Shown here piece after piece: positions 32,227-40,641 of a stretch of DNA of 57,677 bases (the stretch's first letter is position 1; every line of letters begins with the position of its first letter). The notes under the pieces are model-generated. The model saw only the letters and a program-made list of their open reading frames with translations, was not told the DNA's origin and searched no databases. Made by a program: the position numbers and the translations under genes. Origin of the DNA: Alphaproteobacteria bacterium (GTDB lineage: Bacteria; Pseudomonadota; Alphaproteobacteria; JAJTHO01; CANGYM01); contig JBIIHL010000001.1 in assembly GCA_044235825.1 (NCBI GenBank), positions 1 to 57,677 on the forward strand, read 5' to 3'.

Positions 32227-33027
32227 TCACGCGTCTGGGGAAGATTTATGATAAGATTGAATGCACGCAATCAGAGATGTGGTTGTGGGCTCTAAAGGCA
32301 CAGTCGTTGATGATTCTGGCATAATTCCCGATCCCGATGCAACATCCTTGCTCAGGCAAAACAGATGCCCCTTAGCATAAAAACGAACAAGACCATGAGA
32401 AAAAACAAGACTATCCCAATGCGTCATGCCACGCTGTGAAAAAGAAACATACCCTATGGAATGATCGGGACCCTTCATCAACTGACAGACCGATTCCGGA
32501 ATCTCCTGAACCAAATTTGTTTTATAAACAATATCTTCGCTATATTTTACACCTAAAACAAAAAGATGATTGCCAAGATTTGGCATTTTTACAACATCGC
32601 CTCTGTAATAATGAATGGCCCTAACATCTTTTCGTTTCGTCTGGACCAAATGATCCAAAAAATCTTGGATCGTTAAAAAACACTCGATTTTTCCCTGAAA
32701 ACCAGAAGCCCTAAGGGCATTCTGTGTTTCTTCGCCAATCACGAAACAGTGCGCCTTTTCCATCTGACGCATAACAGGAGAAACAGCGCGAACCCCAGCA
32801 CGACTGGAAAAAAGCAAAGCACTGGATGAAGAGGGGCGTTTTTTAGGAACCACAAATTCATAATTAAAAATAGGGGCATAATATAGGGGAGAAAATTTTT
32901 TCTCTAAAAACAGATCCAAAACCCCATAATCGCGCTTTTCCCTAAGAATCACTAACCTTAGATTGGCTTCAGTCATCATAATTCTGGCCTTGATTTCTGT
33001 TTTAAAGACGGCTAAACCATGTCCCAT
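32227..33027 (-). CDS. hemD: Uroporphyrinogen-III synthase
   Basis: HEM4 pattern LLFSSRAGVRAV...CFVIGEETQNAL...IVYKT...YVSFSQRG. Markedly AT-rich. The start may be M17/M18 (about 32979). Confidence 0.65.
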   Translation of the reverse strand: MGHGLAVFKTEIKARIMMTEANLRLVILREKRDYGVLDLFLEKKFSPLYYAPIFNYEFVVPKKRPSSSSALLFSSRAGVRAVSPVMRQMEKAHCFVIGEETQNALRASGFQGKIECFLTIQDFLDHLVQTKRKDVRAIHYYRGDVVKMPNLGNHLFVLGVKYSEDIVYKTNLVQEIPESVCQLMKGPDHSIGYVSFSQRGMTHWDSLVFSHGLVRFYAKGHLFCLSKDVASGSGIMPESSTTVPLEPTTTSLIACIQSYHKSSPDA

Positions 33028-33058
33028 CTGTCAATCATAAACGAATGGATGATAAATC

Positions 33059-33298
33059 ATGGATATCTTTGGACGCGTCAAGAAAATTGTTGTTGATCAC
33101 TTGGGGGTCGATGAAAGCAAAGTGGTCGCTGGTGCGAGTTTTATGGATGACCTTGGGGCCGACAGTCTGGACACCGTAGAATTGGTCATGGCGTTCGAGG
33201 AAGAGTTCGGCGTTGAAATTCCTGATGACGCTGCGGAAAAAATTCAAACCGTTCAAGACGCCATTTCTTTTATTGAGCAAAATGCTGCCGCTGCTTAA
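33059..33298 (+). CDS. acpP: Acyl carrier protein
   Basis: 79 aa. Phosphopantetheine site [20 protein letters not shown]. Confidence 0.96.
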   Translation: MDIFGRVKKIVVDHLGVDESKVVAGASFMDDLGADSLDTVELVMAFEEEFGVEIPDDAAEKIQTVQDAISFIEQNAAAA

Positions 33299-33349
33299 GG
33301 CTTGGCCTCGCTCTTTGACATCCCCGTCTGACTTCATCCGAGGATAGTT

Positions 33350-34618
33350 ATGGCAGAATCCTTTCGTTTGCGCCGTGTTGTTGTGACGGGAATGGGCCTT
33401 GTGTCCCCTTTTGGTGCGGGGGTCCAAAAGACCTGGCCTCTTCTGATTTCCGGACAATCCGCATTGCGTCCTATTTTGGGCTTCACAACGGATGATCTTC
33501 CCTGCCGGATTGCCGGACAATTGATGCATCACCCTGATCTTTTTGATCCTGCTGACTATATTAGTGAAAAAGATCGGCGGCGCATGGATGATTTCATTCT
33601 GTACGCCATGCTCGCGGCCGATGAAGCCATTGCCCATGCGGGTTGGGTGCCCCAAAATGATCACGATGCTGACCAGACGGGTGTCATGATTGGCTCGGGC
33701 ATTGGGGGATTGCCTGAGATTGAACGATCTTCTCTTTTGCTTGCTGAACGGGGACCACGCAGAGTCAGCCCATTCTTTATCCCCTCAAGCCTGATCAATC
33801 TGGCCAGTGGGCAAATTTCCATTAAACACGGTTTTCGTGGCCCTAATCATGCTGTCGTTACGGCCTGTGCCTCTGGCAGTCATGCCATCGGCGATGCTGC
33901 ACGGTTGATTCAAATGGGTGATGCGGATGTTATGGTGGCAGGCGGGGCAGAGGCCGCCATCTGTCGCGTCGGCATGGCAGGATTTGCGGCCGCAAAGGCC
34001 CTGTCCACCGGTTATAACGATACCCCTGAAAAGGCCTCTCGCCCTTGGGATCGTGGACGGGACGGCTTTGTTATGGGCGAGGGTGCAGGCATTCTGGTTT
34101 TGGAAGAGCTGGAGCACGCCCGCGCCCGCGGCGCTAAAATCTATGCAGAACTGACGGGTTATGGATTGTCGGGTGATGCCCACCATATCACAGCCCCTGC
34201 TGAAGATGGCGACGGCGCTTATCGATGCATGCGCATGGCCTTAAAGCGGGCCGCTCTGCCTGTTGAAGCCATCGACTATATCAACGCCCATGGAACGTCT
34301 ACCCCTGCGGGTGATGTCATTGAAGTGCGGGCCGTCAAAAAACTGTTTGGGGATCATGCCTATAAAGTTGCCATGTCCTCCACAAAATCGGCCATTGGTC
34401 ACCTGTTGGGGGCCGCGGGGGCTGTGGAGGCTGTGTTTTCCATTCTGGCTTTAAACCATAATGTGATTCCCCCCACATTGAATCTCGACGATCCTGACGA
34501 AGAATGTGATCTCAATTTCGTTCCTCATCAAGCCCAAGAAAAAGTTTTGACCCATGTTCTTTCCAATTCCTTTGGGTTTGGTGGAACAAATGCGTCCCTT
34601 GTTTTTTCAAAAATTTAA
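33350..34618 (+). CDS. fabF: 3-oxoacyl-ACP synthase II
   Basis: 422 aa. Active-site motifs ACASG, NAHGTSTPAGD, GHLLGAAG. Confidence 0.95.
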   Translation: MAESFRLRRVVVTGMGLVSPFGAGVQKTWPLLISGQSALRPILGFTTDDLPCRIAGQLMHHPDLFDPADYISEKDRRRMDDFILYAMLAADEAIAHAGWVPQNDHDADQTGVMIGSGIGGLPEIERSSLLLAERGPRRVSPFFIPSSLINLASGQISIKHGFRGPNHAVVTACASGSHAIGDAARLIQMGDADVMVAGGAEAAICRVGMAGFAAAKALSTGYNDTPEKASRPWDRGRDGFVMGEGAGILVLEELEHARARGAKIYAELTGYGLSGDAHHITAPAEDGDGAYRCMRMALKRAALPVEAIDYINAHGTSTPAGDVIEVRAVKKLFGDHAYKVAMSSTKSAIGHLLGAAGAVEAVFSILALNHNVIPPTLNLDDPDEECDLNFVPHQAQEKVLTHVLSNSFGFGGTNASLVFSKI

Positions 34619-34644
34619 AAGAAACCGTCTTTCGGGGATTTTTT

Positions 34645-35118
34645 ATGATTCATCCCATCGTTCAGCGTCTTGAATCCTTGGGAATTACGCTACCAGACCC
34701 CGCATCGGTGGCGGGAAATTATGTGCCCTTTGTCGTGGCAGGACCCCTTCTTTCGGTTTCAGGACAGCTTCCCCTTCAGGACGGGGGACAGATTCTTCAA
34801 GGATGTTTGGGAAAATCCCTATCAGAAGACCAGGGTTATGAGGCTGCCCGTCTCTGTGGGCTCCATGTTTTGGGTCAGGTCAGAAGTGCTTTGCATGGCC
34901 ATTGGTCCCGTCTTTTGCGCTGTGTTCAGCTTTCTGTTTTTGTGAATGCAGGCCCTGATTTTCTGAATCATCCTGCTGTGGCCAACGGGGCTTCGGACCT
35001 GATGGTTGAAATCTTGGGGCCGGAAATCGGTCGTCATAGCCGCGCGGCCATTGGCTGCGCCTCCCTGCCCAAAGGGGCATGCGTTGAGGTCGGTGCGACG
35101 TTTTGGATCGAGACCTAA
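34645..35118 (+). CDS. RidA/YjgF-family protein
   Basis: 157 aa. Motifs YVPFVVAGPLLSVSGQLP, RAAIGCASLPKGACVEV. Confidence 0.8.
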   Translation: MIHPIVQRLESLGITLPDPASVAGNYVPFVVAGPLLSVSGQLPLQDGGQILQGCLGKSLSEDQGYEAARLCGLHVLGQVRSALHGHWSRLLRCVQLSVFVNAGPDFLNHPAVANGASDLMVEILGPEIGRHSRAAIGCASLPKGACVEVGATFWIET

Positions 35119-35121
35119 CAT

Positions 35122-35493
35122 ATGGCCACCCCTGATCAAAAACTTCTGTTGGAATTATGCCACGATATGATGGGGGGATTGGTCAAAGATCATTTGCCCG
35201 ATTTAACCATTCGGCAATTAAACCTGCTTTTGGCCGTCTATTTAAAGGCTGGCCCCCATACGGTGCGCAGTCTCTCGTCCCATTTGGGGATTGCCAAACC
35301 CGCCATCACGCGGGCCATCGATAAACTTCAGGATCTGGGCTTTGTTAAGCGCAAACCCGACCCCGAGGATGGACGCAGCGTCCTTGTCCAACGCACCATC
35401 AATGGTTCTGTGTATTTGGCGGATATGGGTGAAAAATTTTCCCTTGCTGCAGAAAACGTCTTTGGGGGGAAAGAAGACGTCGGCCTGTCTTAA
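35122..35493 (+). CDS. MarR-family winged-helix transcriptional regulator
   Basis: 123 aa. Motif LTIRQLNLLLAV...VRSLSSHLGIAKPAITRAIDKLQDLGFVKRKPDPEDGRS. Confidence 0.8.
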   Translation: MATPDQKLLLELCHDMMGGLVKDHLPDLTIRQLNLLLAVYLKAGPHTVRSLSSHLGIAKPAITRAIDKLQDLGFVKRKPDPEDGRSVLVQRTINGSVYLADMGEKFSLAAENVFGGKEDVGLS

Positions 35494-35638
35494 AGGTATA
35501 GGGCCCTGTCATTGCATGACGCCTGCTCAATGGCCCAAGACATGTACGCCAAAACGAATGTCATCTTGCTGTTAGGGGCAATCTAGGCTATAGGATCTTT
35601 ATGGAAAAATTTCTTCAACCTCTGTCGTTTTTATCGTT

Positions 35639-37513
35639 ATGAATACTCATTTTGCCATTATCGGTCACGTCGACCACGGAAAATCTACCCTAGTGGGCAG
35701 GTTGATTTATGAAACAGGCAACCTGAAAGACGGGAAGATGGAGGCCATTCAGGCCATGTGCAAACGACGGGGTATGCCGTTTGAATGGGCCTTTGTGATG
35801 GATGGGCTAAAGGCCGAGCGGGATCAAGGCATTACCATTGATACGGCCCATATTCCGCTAAAAATCGGCGATGACACCCACACCATTATTGATGCCCCAG
35901 GCCACCGCGAATTTATTAAAAACATGATCACGGGCGCGGCCAATGCCGATGCCGCCCTGCTGCTCATTGATGCCAGCGAGGGGATTCAGGAACAGTCTAA
36001 GCGCCATGCGGCCTTGGCTCAGCTGCTGAATATCAAGCAGTTGATTGTTGTGATCAACAAAATGGACTTGGTGGACTATAGCGAAGCCGCCTACGAGCGG
36101 CTATGCACCGATTACAGAGCCTATCTGGCCAGCCTTCATTTAGAAGCGCGGGCTATGATTCCTATATCAGCCCGTAATGGCGAGAATTTAAAGGATCCAG
36201 CCCCCTCTATGCCATGGTACGATGGACCCACGGTGGTTCAAGCGATGATCCAGTGTTCAGCGCGTCAATCTCTGGTCAATTTGCCCCTGCGTTTTCCTGT
36301 CCAAGATGTTTATAAATTGGATCACCGCCGGATTATTGCTGGACGCCTTGAAAGCGGCCGTCTGCGCGTAGGGGATACCATCGTCATTAGTCCCACAGGA
36401 AAAACAACACAAATTAAATCGATTGAGGCTTTTCCTGAACCCGAAACCCCCATTTTGGCCGCCAAGGCGGGTCAATCGGTGGCCATCACGTTAAACGAAC
36501 AGCTTTTTATTGAACGTGGTCAGGTCATCGCCCATCCTGAGCATGCCCCCTTTGAAACCAATGTTTTTCGGGCCCGTCTGTTTTGGCTGGGCAATCAATC
36601 GGCCAGAGTCGGGGCCACCTACAAACTAAAGGTGCACACCCATGCTCTGCCTGCCCGTATCGAAGCCATTGAGCGCGTTGTGGATATGGGAAACCTGTCT
36701 GAACAATCCACAACAGAGATTCCCCGTCATGCCATTGCGGATGTTCTGATTCGCACGCATACAAAAATCGCTCTGGATGATTTCCGCGCCCACGATACCA
36801 TGGGACGTTTTGTTTTGGTGGATGGCTATGACATTGCCGGCGGTGGGGTCATTAGTACGGAAGGGTTCCCCAACCAGCGCAGCCATGATCTTCACAACCC
36901 CTATCTAACCCCTGTAGAACACAAGGTGGAACTGCCCCACCGCGAAGCCCAAAACAACCACCGCGCAGGCATTTTGTTTTTTACGGGTCTTTCAGGATCA
37001 GGGAAGACAACCCTCTCTCTGGCTCTGGAAAAAGCCATGTTTCAAAAAGGATACCGCGTTTACGTTTTGGATGGGGACAACATTCGCCGGCACCTGTCAT
37101 CGGATCTTGGCTTTTCCCCCGATGATCGTCAGGAAAACCTTCGCCGTGTGGCAGAGGTGTCTCGATTGTTTGCCGAGGCTGGTGTGTTGGTCATCACAGC
37201 GTTTATTGCCCCTTATTTAACAGATCGGTCCCGTGTTCGGGAGATCGCTGGAACATTGCCGTTTCATGAGGTTTATATCAAAGCGGATCTGGCCACCTGT
37301 GAATCACGGGATCCCAAGGGGCTTTATAAAAAAGCTAGGTCTGGGGAAATTCCTGAATTTACAGGTGTTTCAGCCCCATATGAACCGCCTCAATCCCCCG
37401 ATTTGGTGATTGATACAGAGTCTTTATCCCCCGAGGAAGCCCTTGAAATCCTCGTGCGTTATGTTGAGGACCATTTTGCCCTTGATACCAAAGTTTGGGG
37501 ATATAGCATTTAA
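35639..37513 (+). CDS. cysNC: Bifunctional sulfate adenylyltransferase subunit 1 / adenylylsulfate kinase (CysN-CysC, NodQ-like)
   Basis: 624 aa. GTPase motifs [19 protein letters not shown]-terminal APS kinase P-loop GLSGSGKTT and LDGDNIR. Confidence 0.92.
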   Translation: MNTHFAIIGHVDHGKSTLVGRLIYETGNLKDGKMEAIQAMCKRRGMPFEWAFVMDGLKAERDQGITIDTAHIPLKIGDDTHTIIDAPGHREFIKNMITGAANADAALLLIDASEGIQEQSKRHAALAQLLNIKQLIVVINKMDLVDYSEAAYERLCTDYRAYLASLHLEARAMIPISARNGENLKDPAPSMPWYDGPTVVQAMIQCSARQSLVNLPLRFPVQDVYKLDHRRIIAGRLESGRLRVGDTIVISPTGKTTQIKSIEAFPEPETPILAAKAGQSVAITLNEQLFIERGQVIAHPEHAPFETNVFRARLFWLGNQSARVGATYKLKVHTHALPARIEAIERVVDMGNLSEQSTTEIPRHAIADVLIRTHTKIALDDFRAHDTMGRFVLVDGYDIAGGGVISTEGFPNQRSHDLHNPYLTPVEHKVELPHREAQNNHRAGILFFTGLSGSGKTTLSLALEKAMFQKGYRVYVLDGDNIRRHLSSDLGFSPDDRQENLRRVAEVSRLFAEAGVLVITAFIAPYLTDRSRVREIAGTLPFHEVYIKADLATCESRDPKGLYKKARSGEIPEFTGVSAPYEPPQSPDLVIDTESLSPEEALEILVRYVEDHFALDTKVWGYSI

Positions 37514-37527
37514 TCCCTTGGGAAAGC

Positions 37528-38085
37528 ATGGTTTGTCTGCGCATTTTTTTATGGTTTTTGATGTTTGGTTTGATCCCCCCTATGGGGGACGCTTTTTCTG
37601 AACCTCCAAAACCCCCTAAAAAACGGGCAACCTTAGAAATTTTTGAAAACGACCCGTTGGTTTTTGGAACGGTCCTTGCCATCAGGGGGCCGGCCAAAAT
37701 TATTGTTTATCCCAATGGGAAGCGGGACGTTATCGGGGATATTGATCTTAAACCCAATGATCTTTATAGCCCTGCTCGCCTCGCCATTACGGGTGATCGC
37801 AACACCCAGGTTGATTTATTTTTGGATCCCAAGGTTTCTCTCTTGCCCACCAACACCCCACAAAGTCCCAAAACCATTGCCGCATCGGTAGGGAACTTTG
37901 TTCTGTTTAGCACAAAAATTTCAAAAGTTAGTGACGTTGCACGGCTGAATTATTTTGGCATGGATACCCTGTTGATCGGGGCTACGCTGTCTTTATCCCC
38001 AGAATCTTCTGCGGGAACGTACCTATTAAAACTTTCTCCCCCTTTGGATTATCATGATCGCGGAAACAACACCATCGCACCCTAA
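37528..38085 (+). CDS. Exported protein, DUF4402/SCPU-like beta-sandwich pattern
   Basis: 185 aa with a signal peptide. LVFGTVL...IIVYPNG...ARLAITGDRNTQVDL...LLIGATLSLSPESSAGTYLLKLSPPLDY resembles DUF4402 repeats. This is motif-level recognition only. Confidence 0.4.
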   Translation: MVCLRIFLWFLMFGLIPPMGDAFSEPPKPPKKRATLEIFENDPLVFGTVLAIRGPAKIIVYPNGKRDVIGDIDLKPNDLYSPARLAITGDRNTQVDLFLDPKVSLLPTNTPQSPKTIAASVGNFVLFSTKISKVSDVARLNYFGMDTLLIGATLSLSPESSAGTYLLKLSPPLDYHDRGNNTIAP

Positions 38086-38157
38086 AGGTTTTGGTGAGAT
38101 TTTTGAGTTATATTCAAAGAATGGTTTTTCAAACTTTATTTTTTCGGAATACTTTTT

Positions 38158-39018
38158 ATGGTTCGTTTTCTTGTTTTTATGTCTATTTTTTTGTTGGGAT
38201 TTGTTCTAACCGCGTGGGCGTCCATTGGATTGCCGCATCAGGAACTTTCTGTTTCTGAAAAAACACAGACAACACAAAAGAAAAATACGACGCCCACAAT
38301 CAAAAAACCCCAACGTATCGATCGGGCAGGGATCTATACCATGGACGCCCTGATGGATTTGAACATTGCGCCGCCCCGTGGGCAAAAGGTTTTTAATAGC
38401 AATGAAATATCCTTTGATACCCCATCCGCCTATGTGGGAAAAATTGAGGCCTTGCAAAGATTTTTAGAAAAATCACGTGTGGCCTTTGAGCAAACCATCA
38501 TCCTATCTGACGATTCACAGGACGAATCCCCCTTCAACCAATGGCAGGTTTTTTTGAAAAAAGCGGCCTATCTGTCTCAGAAAGCCCAGATCGAAGCCGT
38601 TCAAGCCTTTGTCAATCGCACGCCCTATCATCACGACAGTGACTCTACCAGATCGGGGGATACATGGAAAGATCCCGAAGATTTTTTGACGTTTGGGGGT
38701 GACAGTGAAGATTTTGCCCTTGTAAAATATATCAGCCTCAGGCTTTTGGGCATTTCTCCCGAACGGTTGCGGATTGCCATTGTGTTTGATCAGGAAAAAA
38801 GCATTTATAGGGCGGTTACCCTCGTTTATGCCAACACGGACGTTTTGGTGCTGAATGAAACCAAAAATGACATTAGCGTTTCTCGGGATATGCCCCATCT
38901 TGTTCCCGTCTATTCTTTTAATGAAAACCATATTTGGTACCACTGGAAAAAAGACGGCCGGCCCCCTGCGCAGTTTCTGCAAACGGATATGCAAAAACAG
39001 TATCCCGTTTTCCCTTAA
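38158..39018 (+). CDS. Transglutaminase-like cysteine peptidase family (BTLCP/LapG-like), catalytic triad substituted
   Basis: 286 aa with signal/anchor. The BTLCP core D.W.DPEDFL..GGD[S]EDFALVKY...LRIAIV...Y[R]AVTLVY...LVL[N]E aligns to the canonical GDCED / H.VL / LDN motifs. Confidence 0.7.
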   Translation: MVRFLVFMSIFLLGFVLTAWASIGLPHQELSVSEKTQTTQKKNTTPTIKKPQRIDRAGIYTMDALMDLNIAPPRGQKVFNSNEISFDTPSAYVGKIEALQRFLEKSRVAFEQTIILSDDSQDESPFNQWQVFLKKAAYLSQKAQIEAVQAFVNRTPYHHDSDSTRSGDTWKDPEDFLTFGGDSEDFALVKYISLRLLGISPERLRIAIVFDQEKSIYRAVTLVYANTDVLVLNETKNDISVSRDMPHLVPVYSFNENHIWYHWKKDGRPPAQFLQTDMQKQYPVFP

Positions 39019-39021
39019 GGT

Positions 39022-39453
39022 TTATCCCATTTTATCCACACGGATTGCATGACGCCCCCCCTCAAAAGAGGTTTTAAGAAAGGTTAGCGTCGCATCCATA
39101 GCCACAGCCATGCCCACAAAACCAGAACCCAAAACCAGAACATTCGCATCATTATGCAAACGGGCCAGTCTGGCCGACAAGTGATCGTGACACAAGGCTG
39201 CCCGCAAATGGCGGTAACGATTGGCGGCAATGGAAATACCAATGCCACTGCCACAAATCAGGATGCCTCTGTCTTTGGGTTTATTCACCAAAGCCTCTGC
39301 CATAGCCGCGGCAATATCGGGATAATCCACGGCCGTTTCGGTGTGGGTGCCCAAATCGGCAACGCTATAGCCTTGCTGTGTTAATTCTTCTCTTAAGTAC
39401 GCTTTTAAGGTCAGGCCCCGATGATCCGAGGCAATTAAAACATGGGATGTCAT
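39022..39453 (-). CDS. rpiB: Ribose-5-phosphate isomerase B
   Basis: Start at MTSHVLIASDHRG (39453). Motifs ILICGSGIGISIAANR and NDANVLVLG. Confidence 0.9.
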   Translation of the reverse strand: MTSHVLIASDHRGLTLKAYLREELTQQGYSVADLGTHTETAVDYPDIAAAMAEALVNKPKDRGILICGSGIGISIAANRYRHLRAALCHDHLSARLARLHNDANVLVLGSGFVGMAVAMDATLTFLKTSFEGGRHAIRVDKMG

Positions 39454-39463
39454 GGCACCAGTC

Positions 39464-39709
39464 CTACTTTTCCTTAACCGCAACGTCAAACCGTTGCATT
39501 ACAGGGTTGGCGAGCACATCACGGCCCAAACGCTCCCCAATGGCCAAGGCTTCGTCAGCATCATGGGTCAGAATATCAAAAACAAACTGACGTTTTTGGG
39601 TCAGATTTTGAACTTGGGTTTCCCCCAAATTATGAACGGCTTGCAACACCGCCTGACTTTCTGGATCTAAAATCCCAGATTTTAAAAAAACGGTTACAGT
39701 AACCTGCAC
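39464..39709 (-). CDS. purS: Phosphoribosylformylglycinamidine synthase subunit PurS
   Basis: 81 aa. Motif VTVFLKSGILDPESQAV. Confidence 0.88.
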   Translation of the reverse strand: MQVTVTVFLKSGILDPESQAVLQAVHNLGETQVQNLTQKRQFVFDILTHDADEALAIGERLGRDVLANPVMQRFDVAVKEK

Positions 39710-39745
39710 GGTAGGGCTCCTTTAAAAAAACAAGATAAAAAACGA

Positions 39746-40537
39746 TTACGGTGTTTCAGGGTCCTCATCAGGGCTGATCACAGGATCCATGCGCCCCAAA
39801 ACCACACCATCGGGCAAAACGCCCAGACGGCGAGCCACTTCTTGATACGACTCCTTGACTTGACCCATATCGCGGCGAAAGCGGTCTTTGTCTAAAACCT
39901 CATTGGTGATGGCATCCCATAGGCGACAACTGTCAGGGCTGATTTCATCGGCCAAAATAATTTGAACATCATCGTCATCGGGCCCATGCAGGCGACCAAA
40001 TTCTATTTTAAAATCCACCAGTTTCAGGGACACACCCGCCATCAAGCCCGAGAGAAAATCGTTGATCCGAAGGGCCATGGTGATCATGGCGTTCAGCTCA
40101 AACGTGTTGGCCCATTCAAAAATTAGGATATGCTCATCACTGACCAGCGGGTCATCCAAATCATCGTTTTTATAATAATACTCTATCAGGGGGCGGGGCA
40201 GGGGCTTGCCTTCCTCCAGACCCAACCGCTTGCATAAACTGCCGGCTGCGATGTTGCGCACCACAACCTCCAGCGGGATCATTTGGGTTTCATGAATCAG
40301 CTGCTCGCGCATATTCATGCGCTTAATAAAGTGGGTGGGGATACCGATATCCCCGAGTTTCTGCATAATATGGCTGGAAATGAAGTTGTTGATGACCCCT
40401 TTACCCTCAATCACATCAAATTTTTTGCGGTTAAAGGCGGTGGTGTCATCCTTAAAATACTGCACCAACGTACCAGGGGCCTGGCCACGGTAGAGGATTT
40501 TGGCCTTGCCTTCATAAACTTTTTGCCTGCGTGTCAT
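39746..40537 (-). CDS. purC: Phosphoribosylaminoimidazole-succinocarboxamide synthase
   Basis: Start at [16 protein letters not shown]. Motifs [20 protein letters not shown]. Confidence 0.93.
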   Translation of the reverse strand: MTRRQKVYEGKAKILYRGQAPGTLVQYFKDDTTAFNRKKFDVIEGKGVINNFISSHIMQKLGDIGIPTHFIKRMNMREQLIHETQMIPLEVVVRNIAAGSLCKRLGLEEGKPLPRPLIEYYYKNDDLDDPLVSDEHILIFEWANTFELNAMITMALRINDFLSGLMAGVSLKLVDFKIEFGRLHGPDDDDVQIILADEISPDSCRLWDAITNEVLDKDRFRRDMGQVKESYQEVARRLGVLPDGVVLGRMDPVISPDEDPETP

Positions 40538-40641
40538 GGGATATACCGCCAAAAAAGTTCCTTTTTAAGAAACATTGAAAACCTAGCTTTTCTTATACGC
40601 TTTTTTTAGGGGTCTGGCTAACGTTTTATCAAAATCATAAT

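Noticed and set aside
33035-33664. 209-aa minus-strand ORF overlapping acpP and the fabF start
   Set aside because: acpP (DSLD site) and fabF on the plus strand are unambiguous. The antisense product has no motifs.
40553-40641. CtrA-box-like TTAA-N7-TGAA near purC
   Set aside because: Only one half-site matches TTAA-N7-TTAA. An AT-rich spacer makes chance occurrence likely.
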